Part shown: piece by piece, positions 24,671-36,371 of the stretch
Position numbering within the stretch: the stretch's first letter is position 1
Layout of the letters: every line of letters begins with the position of its first letter
Made by a program: the position numbers and the translations under genes
From: Lama glama
Lineage: Eukaryota
Assembly: GCA_028534125.1 (NCBI GenBank)
Contig: CM052816.1
Location: 35,032,001-35,096,000, forward strand
DNA length: 64,000 bases
Direction of reading: 5' to 3'
The notes under the pieces: model-generated
What the model was told of the DNA's origin: nothing
Database searches by the model: none
Seen by the model: only the letters and a program-made list of their open reading frames with translations

Positions 24671-27600
24671 AAGAAAAACCCTTACTAAATAATAAAATAT
24701 ATGTGGTCTTATATACCTTCATTTGTAGAATTGTTAACCTTACTCCATAACAAAGAAACATCATTGTGGAAGAGAACCAAAAATGAAGAGGAATCAGCAC
24801 AAGGTTTAAAATAGACTAAGAAATCATATTCTATGGCACCTCTCCAAAACACCTTTTCCAGTACTGACAACAACACAGAATACCATAAAATGAAGAAATG
24901 CTTCCAATACTCCCACAGATTATGGACTTTAACTCAAATATGTGGCAACCAAGAGTTTATCCTCCCTTTATTTTCTATGGACAAACAAAGAAGATGGCAC
25001 TGAACCACTTTTAGAAATAAACCCAAATAAACATAAATCTTGCAGTAGAACTCATCAGCAGTAAAACTGTAAATGCTATTACAGTATAATGTCAAACTTC
25101 AATCCATTTAACATCAAAAATAATTAGGTTTAATAATTTTTCTAGAGTGACATCTAACAATCTAACAACATACCATTGTAAGGAAACCTCCCCCCAAAGT
25201 TTATCAGCGTACTTCAAGTATTCTTATAAAGTGCAAGTAGGAAAGAAAATTTCACATTCGCCTACAGAATAATTATAAAGAAAATGGAGTTGTTTACAAC
25301 TCAACTGAAACACAAAATTTCCAGCATTCTCTAACTACAAACAGAAAAAGTTTCAGTCAGAAACTCAGTGTATCAAGAGAACATTCTTGAAAGTTAAATG
25401 GAAATTACAACAAGAACATATTCCAAAATCAGGCCATTTCTTTATGCAATTACTTGTTTCCATTTTGTAGCTGTCATACTTATTTCTCAATAATGAATCA
25501 CTGCTCTGTTCTTCTCATAGTAATCAAAATAATAAAACATAGCAAAACAAAGATAATGTGTCCCCCAGAACTTAAGATATTATCTTGGGGAGATACAATT
25601 AGAAATATTTTCAAGTACTGAATTCCAGTGACCTCTAATTTAGTGAACAGGATAACACATATAAGTTCATATAAAATTTAAAGCATACTTAAATTTCTTG
25701 CTTTGATTTATGGGACACAGACTTTAGAACTGTTAGACATGCAGATATTTTGGAATGTCAAGAATTGGGCGTGGTGCCTTTCTTTATTACTTGAAAAATG
25801 AAAGGAAAGTTTCAATCAAGTTTTAGATACTTTAAATTCTGAAAGACCTCAGAAATGTTTCTAATGAGGAAAAAACACTTTTCACTGTAGTGAATACTAT
25901 ATGTATAGTATTTATATATTTATTTTATACTTACACTATGTAAGTATAGGTACATATTTGGTATTTCTTAGAAGAAAAACACATAACATGTCCTAAGTGT
26001 ATCTTTAAACTATAAATCAGTTAAAACTCTACTGCAATGACTACTACTACCAAAGAAACACTTCCACAGGAAGACACAAAGAACCAGGTTCTATAGCACA
26101 ATTCACTTCTACAGAAAATGATTTATTTTCTCAATATTGTGTCATGTATTGGTGAAGTACCAAAATGAAAAGAAAAAAAAAAAGAATTCATCTACAAGAG
26201 CACTTACATAAGTCTGAAGAGGAACAATCTAAGACCACTGGCTAGAGATATCAGAAAATTGATCCAGTAATCATGGTTAACAAGGGAAATGAGGATAGCA
26301 GATAGTTGAGATGGTATCAGTGAAAGCGATTACAGAAAAATAATATATTGTTGCTATAATACGGCTAGTAAGGACACCCTTATGAAAAAAGTACTTATGA
26401 AAATGAAGACAAAAAGAAAATATGCTATGTGACAGATGACAAATTTGAGGTTTTTGTGTTACCGCTTGTCAGCACCCTGACAGATGTGACTAAGCGATCA
26501 CTGGATTGTCACTGATCCTGGAATCCTTCTCAATGCACAACACAGACAGCCACTACCAATCACTGAAAGTTAGCACTGCAACCTATTTGTCAAACCTGCT
26601 CTCAGTGACATTGTTCAGGATGCTCAGTCAGGAATCTTCCCCACAGGCAAATAGGAGAGGACTGTGTCTAGTCTCCCAGGTTGTGGTCAAGCATGGGCTG
26701 ACTATTAAAAATTTGTAATAGAATGAAAATTCTCAAAAAGCAAAGTGGAAAAATATTACAGCAGATAATGTTATGAACTGGTACGTGGGGTAAATTTTTA
26801 AAAGGTAACTGCCACCCACAATTAGTCTATCTATGACTTTAAACCATAATAAATACACATTATTGAAACTGTTTTATTGTCAGTTACCAATAACAGCCTT
26901 TAATTTCTGGTGCATTGTGGTTGAGTAAACTGTTGTTTCAGTGTCTTGCTGCCTTTTAGTGATTGCTTTTGTTGCAAATGTATGACTGTATTTTTTTAAG
27001 TGCCTCTATCAACAGAATTGAAACCATTCTAAATTGTGGATGGCAGTTAGCTTTCCCTAAATAAAGGGCAAAATCCTGTATTGTTACTTTTAACAAAAAA
27101 GAGTTTCCTCTCATTGAAATTAGTGATAATATAATTCTTATCCAAAATCAAATTTTTAAGTCTTTAAAAATTTCTATTACAGTGTGATTTGACTTACATT
27201 CATGAAAAGGAACACAGTCTATATTCATACAAAGTAAAAATGGAAATACAGTGACAGTGGTTTAGTTTTAGTTATCTTAATTTCCAGAAAAATAGTATCC
27301 CTATTGAAATGTATTTTAAAATACATGCAGTCATTGAACTATATTTGAAATATAAGTCATAATTCTAGTTTCACAATAAAACTGAATACTAAACAAAATA
27401 TTCTGGGAAAATTAAGTAAAAAATATTCATTGAAATCAAATAAATGTATATTTCAGGTGAAAATAACTTTGTTCTGTTGCAATTCTACATTACACAACTT
27501 CACCAAAATGTTAAGTCAAAGGCTAATAATGAAACACATCAGAGGAAAATGCACCTCAGTAACCAACCAGCTTAGATAAAGCCCACAATAGTTCAGTCTA

Positions 27601-28318
27601 ACAATGAACCCTGCTTCACATTAAACAGTATACAGTGCTGTTTCCAGCAAAAAACTTTATCAATCCCCGACTTCATTTTGCTTATATACACTTAGCCATA
27701 TTTAGGATCTGACATAAATTCTGCAAGAGAGCTTAAGGTGTACTGACATTTAGCAATAAAGAACACTCAGCTAAAAGCAACTAAAACCACCATCTATAAA
27801 ACATTAAGACCAAGTTGCTGGTCTTAATATTATTAGAGAAAGTTTTCTAACATCTCCTTTGAAATAACTGGTAAATAAATCTTTTACCCTTGGCCAAATT
27901 CACTGTCATGAATTGTTTTACTGTTACACTTTGCTATGACCTTGTAAGTAATTTCTTTGAAAAATGAGAATAGGTTACACACGAATCAATCTTTTTTGGC
28001 TCTAAGATTGTAGCTGCGTATGTGACTAACGTGTGGTACATCTTATCACTATGCTATTCAAGATTATATTAAAACAAATGTTAATTAGTAAGCGAGTCAT
28101 TGTCTAATGAGATGTACTTACCTCAGGTAAGACAAAAAACAAGTGTTTCTGTCAACTATGGAAACAGCTATCAAAGAATGCTTTCACGCAAAATATGAAA
28201 AGCAACAAGGAAATACATGTTTTGTGAAAGAAATTCATTGCTGAACGATAGCAAATATAGCGGCTTTCTAGCATTATATTAATAAAACTGGAAGATGTTT
28301 CAAAATGATTCTCCTTAC

Positions 28319-28442
28319 CTGTGTATACAGTTTTTACTCTCCAGATATGCCATACCAGAAGCAGCATCCAATGAAAATTTTACTAATTGTTTGAGTTTTA
28401 TTTCATCCTTCTTCTTCCTCAGAAAGGAGAGGAAATCACCTC
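28319..28442 (-). CDS. FER: Internal coding exon of tyrosine-protein kinase FER (kinase domain, alphaD-alphaE to the HR of the HRD motif); probably equivalent to human exon 17
   Basis: Minus strand reads ctgtcaattcttctAG|GA GGT GAT TTC CTC TCC TTT CTG AGG AAG AAG AAG GAT GAA ATA AAA CTC AAA CAA TTA GTA AAA TTT TCA TTG GAT GCT GCT TCT GGT ATG GCA TAT CTG GAG AGT AAA AAC TGT ATA CAC AG|GTAAGG. That is 2+40x3+2=124 nt with no stop. The peptide [40 protein letters not shown] matches FER as I recall it ([17 protein letters not shown]) and not its paralog FES. The exon number is from memory. Confidence 0.96.
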
Positions 28443-29000
28443 CTAGAAGAATTGACAGATGAGACAAGATCATGATGAAAGTCATATTTGTCACCTATAG
28501 AGATACCCGACAGAAAAGCATTCCACGTTTAACCATATTTTTTGACCATTTTGTTTGAGGTGGGGATAAAAAGAAAACATGAAAAGAACACAATTTATGA
28601 GAAAGCAGACACCACAAATTTTCCTAGATGAACTTTAAGTACTTTTTCAGTGAAAGTACTTTGTCAGTGAAAGTACTTAAAACACATAATAATATTCAAA
28701 GTTCTACTTTTTCCTTTGTCATAATTTCTCACCAATTTGCCTGACTAAAATTTTCTAGGAAATTTTATTGTCTCTAATGCCAAATTTAAAATTAGTTATT
28801 ATAAGTGGAACAAAAAAGTAGATCATATTGAATTGCTCATCAGAATCAGTGATTGTTTAAAAAGTTGAGATTATTAACAACACCATCACTGACAGTAGAG
28901 TCAGACAGAAAAAAAAAAAGCTATGATTTTGATGAGACTTAGTGCTGAGCCAGATTACATCAGACAGATTCCAGTGCCGTCCTAGAGAAACTCGTTAAAC

Positions 29001-29515
29001 CAGTACAGTCCAAAAGAAATATAATGTAAGCCAAGTTGTAATTTTAAATATACCATTAGCCACTTTTAAAAAAGTGACAACAAAAGAGTGAATCTGATTT
29101 TAGTAAGTTTTTTCTTTAGCCCAATATACCCAAAATATTATTTTAACAACAGGCATCATTATAAAAATTATGGTAGAGGTATTTTACGTTTTATCATCCT
29201 ACATCTTTAAAATAGAAGGTGCATTTTACATTTATGGGACATCTCAATTTAGATGTGAATTTTCATTTGAAATATGTGATCTGCATTTAGATTTCATCAA
29301 ATTTACAGCTGGAGAAGGTAGATTCATATACCTAGTTTGTTCCAAACATACTTAAACTTTCCCAATAACTGAATCATGTATCAACTTTTAAATTTAGATC
29401 AATTAAAATTAAATCAAATTTCCTATTCAGTTTTTTAGAAGCACTAACCACATTTCAAAAGCTAAACAGCTCAGGAGTCACATGTGGCCAGCGATGACCA
29501 CATTATATAGTGCAG
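29001..29515 (+). mobile_element. MER33/Charlie5-type hAT DNA transposon
   Basis: Left TIR cagtacagtccaaaagaaatataatg and right end cacatgtggccagcgatgaccacattatatagtgcag. The body follows MER33 but has ~190 bp extra internal sequence. Confidence 0.75.
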
Positions 29516-29519
29516 CCTT

Positions 29520-30024
29520 CAAGCTAAATGTCCACTGACAGATGACTGGATAAAGAAGCTGTGTATTCCATCCACAATGGAATACTACTCAGCCATAAAA
29601 ATATATGAAATAAGGCCATTTGTAGTAATAACGGATGGATTTGGAGACTGCCATTCTAAGTAAGCCAGAGAAAGAAAAATACCATGTAATATTACTCATA
29701 CGTGGAATCTAAAAAGAAAAATGACACAAATGAACTTATTTATAAAGTAGAGATAGACTCACAGACATAAAAAACAAATTTATGGTTACCAGTGGGGAGA
29801 GGGGAGGGTAGAGGGATAAACTGGGAGTTTGGGATTTACAGATACTAATTACTACATATGAAATAGACAACAAGGTTCTACTGTATCGTACAGGGAACTA
29901 TATTCAATATCTTGTACTAACCTATAATAAAAAATAATATGAAAAGGAAATTATATATGTATATATATTATACACCAGAAGTTGACACAATATTGAAAAC
30001 TGACTATACTTCAATTAAAAAAAA
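29520..30024 (+). mobile_element. 5'-truncated L1 3' end (subfamily A)
   Basis: ctaaatgtcc..gatgactggataaagaag...gactatacttcaattaaaaaaaaa. Degenerate TSD atagtgcagcctt (29507-29519) vs atagtgtagactt (30025-30037). Confidence 0.9.
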
Positions 30025-30821
30025 ATAGTGTAGACTTAAACTACACGTTCATTAACAACATAGCATTAAAGGCAATGGCTTGATTATTTTTCCTTGTTAA
30101 TGTATAATGCAGTTCATTATTAAACAAAACCAAACCAAGTTAAAGTATATTAGAATGAATGTTCTCTAAAAACAGTCATTCCTACTTTTCTCTTTCTATT
30201 AGGCCCTCAGACATTAAGCCAGAACTCTGAGAGAGGGATTAGCATTTTAATTGTCGTTTCCTGATCTTTATTATCCTCTTCACCAGGGATCTAGGCCTTA
30301 AATACAACTACTCTAGAGGTGGAGACTTAATGGCTTTTTCTTTAATGAGAGTATCTAGAAAATAAATACCTGCCTAACTCTCCTTACAATGTTCTCTTTT
30401 TCTAATTTCCTCTCCTATTCACAAACCAAGTATTACACAAATTTAGGTGGACTATTTACAAAATCAATAAGCTATATGCTTTAAAAACAATCTTAATGGT
30501 GTCAGTTAATTTTTTTTTGTTCTTTTAAAAAGAATACACATGTATTACTATGAAGACTACTAAAATAGCCTCTATCAATTTTGACTTAATTTTCTGAACA
30601 AAACACGTAACTGTAACAGTAAATAGCAAAATTAACTACTAATTTCTCAACTTTTATACGCACCAAAAATGGACTTGAAATCAATATTCAGTTCATTACC
30701 TGGACCAATATTCACATGTATTAATTATTTTGTTAGATATATATTGGTCTATTTTATAAAAAGTGCACCCTCTTGGTCTTTAAACCACATTAGCATTTTA
30801 TTTAAACTATGTAATGACTTT

Positions 30822-30957
30822 TTTAAAAAAATTTTTGGCAGGGGGAGGTAATCAGGTTTACTTATTTATTTTTAGAGGAGGTGCTGGTTATTGAACCCAG
30901 GAGCTCGTGCATGCTAAGCACGCATTCTACCACTTGAGCTACAATACACCCCTCCCC
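30822..30957 (-). mobile_element. Camelid tRNA-derived SINE (Vic-1-like)
   Basis: The minus strand shows a tRNA-like head (gtagctcaagtggtagaatgcgtgcttagcatgcacgag..ctgggttcaat; A and B boxes) and an A-rich tail. Flanking repeat aatgacttt at 30813-30821 and 30963-30971. Confidence 0.85.
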
Positions 30958-31159
30958 ACTGGAATGACTTTCAAATGAAAAAAAAAATCTTTCGTGGAAT
31001 TTGATTTAAAGCATCATCTGACATAACCTCAGTGTTCTGTGGAATCCTAATATAATTTCTTTCCAAAATTAGCTCACATTCACCACTTTTCCTTCTACTT
31101 TCTGCTCTTTTTAAATTTAGTCCTTCATATAGTCTTTCTCGCACCCCAACCCCCAGCCC

Positions 31160-31282
31160 AGACTGTACATCCTGTAAAGAGAGTTGTGCTTCTGTTGTTC
31201 AGCATGATAATTTCAGCACCTACTACAGAATGTCTAGCATGCATGTAATACCTCAGTAAGCATTTCTTGACTGAATGAGTGA
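31160..31282 (+). mobile_element. L2 3' end
   Basis: ttcagcacctactacagaatgtctagcatg...ctcagtaagcatttcttgactgaatgagtga. Confidence 0.6.
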
Positions 31283-32649
31283 GCAACGTATAAATATCTC
31301 CTTGTTCTTGCAGATTATAAACTACCCATGAAGACAAGCTACCTAAGAAATTTTTTATTAATTTTAAACATTTCTTCCTAAGCCCCTCTTCAATGGTTAG
31401 AACTATGCTTTTCAAGCACTTGTTAAATGCTAAAATAATGTTTAGGAAAGGATGACATTACATTTCTTATCAAAGGCATCTAATGAATGCCATAAAATTC
31501 TTCATATTCCGACAACAAAACTTAGTTTAAGACTGAGCTCATCTTGATAGATGCTTCTGTAACACTACATCAAACTGCATCATTAAAAAAAATAATAATT
31601 TGCAGGGGAGCAATCCTCAGTAGATAAGACTATAAACCAACAAACACATACTATATTAATAAACAAAGAAAAGACAACACTTACACTGCATTAAAAATTG
31701 CCTGAAAAAAATGATGCCAAGTCAATAAAAGTACTAGGAAGGTAGAGTTAGATATAGCTATTTGCAAATACTGTGACACAAAGATACAGACGAAGGTGTA
31801 TCTGATTGTCTCTTAGCTAATCCAACAATATTTCTGCCTTAGAGAAATTTCCTGCTTAAAATCATTAAATCATTAAAGTAAATTTATTTTTTTTCCCAAT
31901 TTTTAGTTATTCATTACACAGACCCAGTGATCTTAAGTAAAGGAACAGAGCTGCACCATCCCAAAGCCCTCGTCAGCTTCTTGCAGAACACTGTACAGAA
32001 GAAAGACCTCCAGTAGAAATTAAAATGATTATGATTCAGTACTGAAAGCCGAAGCCTTGGGCAAGTGCACGCATTAAGAACTCTGAAGCAAAAAGTAAAC
32101 TCTCCAAAGGACAGATTATGAGACACCAAGAAAACAACTCGGATTGGGCCAGAAATATTCCTTTAGGCACTCTACTTCATTAATACCACTACATGAAGAA
32201 CTGGAGACCACATCAGATGATATAATCCTTAGTATTCACTGTGAAGTTACTGTAGAGGATAGCATCTGTTCCTTTGAACTCATCCTTCTGTCATTTTCAT
32301 TACGTGCCAAGTTAAAGAACCTCTCTTAGAATGTGTGATATATACAATAATCATATTTGCAGCACATATGTATTTATGCGTATACGTGTTGGTATACGTA
32401 CGTGTGTGTGTGCACATAGCCTAGAGGATCTCACCTGACCACTGTGGTAAGGATCTTGGTATTCAAAAATGGGCAGAACAAGACAGCAATTCCCCTTTCA
32501 TAATTCTGTCTTAACAAGGCTTATTTCTGTGTAGGTATACTGCACATTAAACCAAGATAAAATGGATTATTTTCTAGAATTCTTCACCAATGATGAATTT
32601 CTCAGACAATTCTTAGCATGTTTTCATAGCCAACTTTTGGTTTACGATG

Positions 32650-32885
32650 GAAACAGTATGACATCGTGAAAAGCATGGACACCGAAGTTACACTGATCTA
32701 TGTCTGATTATCTGTGTAACCTTTGGTAAGCTGTTCAATCTCTCTAAACTTCTTTAAAATATAAGGATTTATTTCATTTATTTCTCAAGATGGTTTTGAA
32801 GACTAAAAGGTATCTAAAGCACTAAGCATATGCCTTGCACATGGTACACACAAGAAATACTAGTACAACTTATTATTTTTATTAC
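32650..32885 (+). mobile_element. MIR SINE
   Basis: cagtatgacatcgtgaaaagcatggac...ctgtgtaacctttggtaag...aatctctctaa...taaagcactaagcatatgccttgcacatggta. Confidence 0.65.
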
Positions 32886-32919
32886 TGAAGTTACTTTGCA
32901 TATAAAATGAGGAAGAGCT

Positions 32920-33435
32920 ACAGCAGGGACTAGTTGTTTGCTGCATGTCAATTTTCCCTCATTCCCCTCAATTTCCTTTAGAAGACTGTCCTTCTCCCAT
33001 TTCGAAAGGTATTAACCTGACTTCAACAGTAAGGGGGTGAGGGGTTCTAGATTTGCTTAACCCAGTCAACGAAGCCCATTCCCCACTGACTGGCTCAGGG
33101 ACAGGCACAGTGTTAAATTCAGCCCACTGACATACAAGGAAACTTTTTTTTTTTTTTTTTGAGAGCAGTACCAGAAAGGCAGTGTTCCCCGCAAGTGGAA
33201 GTGTAAAGGACAGCACGTGGTGCCACAAAGACTGGCAGCCTTGGGATGAAGCTATCACCCCAAAAAGCAGGAAAAGTGAAGGAAAGAGAATAGTTTTTGG
33301 TGACATGTTTGAACTACTGGATCAAACACGGTCTAAAGAGTGACTTCCCTCTAGATTTTTCTATTAAGTGAACGAATAAAATCCCTTAAATTTTTCATGT
33401 ATCTCCCATACTAGCAACTCAAAGATTCCTTATGG
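32920..33435 (+). mobile_element. ERVL LTR (LTR16-like)
   Basis: ccattccccactgactggctcagggacaggcac...tgacatgtttgaactactggatcaa...aataaaatccctt...ctagcaactcaaagattcct. Confidence 0.6.
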
Positions 33436-34114
33436 CTAAAACAATATTTACATCAGATTTTGAGGATTTAAAAAATATATATATATATATTCAATGCCTG
33501 GAACAAGTAGGAAATAATAAGCAGAAGTGCTTTATTTTGTTTGCAGCCAACTTCTAGTGAGAGGAGAGAAGGCTGTTTTATTCTCAACAGCTCTTTCTCA
33601 AAGATTTCTTACTCCATGCTGTGGAAATCTGATCCTACCTGTTCTTTCAGTATTAATGGGACTCTGAGGAACTGATCATATTAAACCAACTCAGAGGTTA
33701 TTATGTAAACAAGAATACTAATTTATCAATTTGTCATTAGAGAAAAGGGATCATCAGGGCCATACCACTAACAACTTTCTGTCATTGAATCATGTAGAGA
33801 TCTTAATTTAACTTCAAACAACTTCAAAGGTTATCAGATTAAGAGATAGCAATCCCTGGTGATATACAAAATGTGTAATTCATTACCCTTGTTTTTTAGG
33901 GTATCAATTTGTTCCTGAGAAGTTTGGTTCAGTTGTATTCACTTACACATTTAAAACGGGATCATAATCAAAGCAACTATTAAATTACAGCAGCTATTAT
34001 GGGGGCTCCATTTATGTCATTTTCAGAGTTCTCATTAAAAAATGTTTTTTGCTCTTTTTTCTCTCTTTAATGAGAGTTGTGGCTGTTAACCAGCCCTTCA
34101 GAAATAAGGGGAGA

Positions 34115-34255
34115 TGAAGGGAAGAGCTCAAGAGGTAGAGAGCATGCTTAGCATGCACAAGGTCCTGGGTTCAATCCACAGTACCTCCTCTAAAAGTAAA
34201 CAAACCTAATTACCTCCTTGCTCCCTTCACTACCAAAACTAAAAAATAAATAAAT
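34115..34255 (+). mobile_element. Camelid tRNA-derived SINE (Vic-1-like)
   Basis: gagctcaagaggtagagagcatgcttagcatgcacaaggtcctgggttcaatccacagtacctcc with a (taaa)n tail. Flanking repeat aaataagg at 34102-34109 and 34256-34263. Confidence 0.85.
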
Positions 34256-35158
34256 AAATAAGGAGAAAAGATCTATATGATAATTAACAATGAATGCTGA
34301 TTCAACTTGTACTACATGAAACGCAAAACAGATTTTATATAATAGGAGATAAGCCAAAACAAGTTCTCGAAGAAGAAAGGATCAATGCAAACACTGAAGC
34401 AAAGGATCATGGCTGCTACACGTAGGCACCCCCAGGAGAGAGGATTCCATGGAGAGAGAGACTAGCCAGGAGGATTCTCTAGTTGTTACTCGAGGTGATG
34501 AGGGTTTATACTAAGAACTATCAAAAAAAAAAAACAAAACAAAACAAAGCATTTTATCTGATAATACTCAACAATAAGCTAGAAAGCCCATTTGTGGGAA
34601 AAGAAGAGAAATATGAAACACTGAAGAACTGAAAATGACTCCAAGAATATACTTGGCTTTTCTGTCACCATCGTCTTCTTTTTAAATACGCACTTGCTGA
34701 ACAGCTTGCTACCTAAGTAACGTAATTCAGCAGAGCCAAATGCAGAGCTGAGTGTGTGGTTTTCCCAGTTTAGATTAATACATGACATTAGTCTTTTCAG
34801 ATGAGGCTCTGTAATAGCCGTGTTCTGCTAACACTGCGAAATAGTGGGACCTTTTGCATTTCTCCTTCAGAGATGATCTTTGAGAACATAACTCCATAGC
34901 AGTCAGGATAACAGTTCTTTGAAATAAAAGAGCATGTTTTACAGTATTTTTAACTTGCTGGTTCAAAGGGCACCAGCTGTAATCTTGCCAGACCTGATGT
35001 GATCGGCCAGGACAGATACCAGAGTCATCTTTCACAAACTCCGAGAATGTCAGTTACTAGAAGGGACTTTGGAGATAATCAGCTTTTTCACATTGTGGAA
35101 GAGGGAAATGAATTTATTTGACTTTTAAGAGTTTGGTGATATTATTGAAATTGGAAGG

Positions 35159-35371
35159 CAATTATCTGCCAACTATGGCCTAGAGGCCAAAATCAGCTCG
35201 CTACTTGTTTCTGTAAACACTTATTGGAAAACCACCACACTCGTTCCTTTACATATTGCCTACAGACACTTTCAAGCTATGATGGCAGAATTGTGGTAAG
35301 AGACTGTATGGCTCTCAACACCTAAAAATTTTACCATCTGATCTTTTACAGAAAAAATTTGCTGATTCTTG
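35159..35371 (+). mobile_element. MER58A (hAT-Charlie)
   Basis: aactatggcctagaggccaaaatcag...ttattggaaaacc...gagactgtatggc...ttttacagaaaaaatttgctgattcttg. Confidence 0.8.
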
Positions 35372-36371
35372 TTTTAAAATATTACTCAGTATTCCATATA
35401 GCTGTAGTCCCTCTCATTTAAATGCTTCTTATGATTGCTTTGGCTACTTTCAACCAAAATTTTACTTTTCACTGTGTATTTTTTGCATCTGGGCTCAGTA
35501 GCGCTATTTTTAAATGCTCAAAAAGGACACTGGAAAGGTAAGTTTACCAACTAATTTTATGTCCTAAGGCTGATACAGATTTACACACAAAAACATACCA
35601 TGGAATGAGATCATAAATCCCCTGCTCCCCTCCCCATCCACAACCCACCATCTGCCACCAAGGCAAAGAAGTTCCACTGTCTGTCTCTCCCTGCTTTCAT
35701 GCTACACTACTTACTTCTCTATTTTGTGGCTGCTTATGCCTCTCAAAGTTGCCTTTGACATAAAGTAGAAAGACAAACATGGATAGGAAAATCAGGTGTA
35801 TAAAGATGTTGGCTCTAAAGCCTCCTGGAACACCCTTCAAATACTTAGATACTAAATGGCATTTTTGTTTAAAAAAAAAAGAAAAAAAACCAGTGCAATG
35901 CTTATTTTGATGTCTTTATCTACTATAGGAAAACCTGCAGAGAAAAAAGGAAAAGGCATCAATTCAAGCTTCCTTAGATAGATTTTTAAAGAGATATGGG
36001 ACAAAAAGACCCATCCAAAAGCACATTGCAATTTAATAAGGGGAAAATGTTTATAAAAGTTAACAGTATTTTTAGAAATTGAATTTATCATAGGCTAGAT
36101 ATTTTAGAGATGTTAAAATCCCCAAGTCAACATCAGTGACAAGAACTATTATGTAATCTTATTATTTAAAATAATTAGAAATGTATACTTATATCTCCAT
36201 ATTTATGCACTTTTTGGATATAGAATATAATTACAAAGGTTTTGATCACAAATTATGAAACTTTCTATCAGATTAAAAAATATTACTTTAAAATATACTT
36301 TTAAAGAAGAAATTGCACCAAAGAGTTGGAAATGTCAGTATTAAAGAAAAGTCAGGAAAAACAGGAGTCTC

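Larger units (their letters stand above)
1..28318 (-). other. FER: FER intron downstream of the exon (runs past the window start)
   Basis: Starts with a GTAAGG donor at 28318 on the minus strand. I did not find the next exon (DLAARNCLVG...DFG) in 1-28318. Confidence 0.8.

Noticed and set aside
28152..28367. 71-aa minus-strand ORF ([12 protein letters not shown]...) overlapping the FER exon
   Set aside because: It is an alternative frame of the real exon running into the intron; the FER frame and splice sites explain the sequence.
28635..28680. CRISPR-like repeat-spacer pattern
   Set aside because: Mammalian intron; the repeats are only 8 bp and the 'spacers' are near-identical 9-mers, so this is a simple tandem duplication.
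34115..34190. tRNA gene-like sequences (also near 30880-30957 and 61125-61200)
   Set aside because: They have SINE bodies, A-rich tails and TSDs, and I could not fold a complete cloverleaf; these are tRNA-derived SINE heads.
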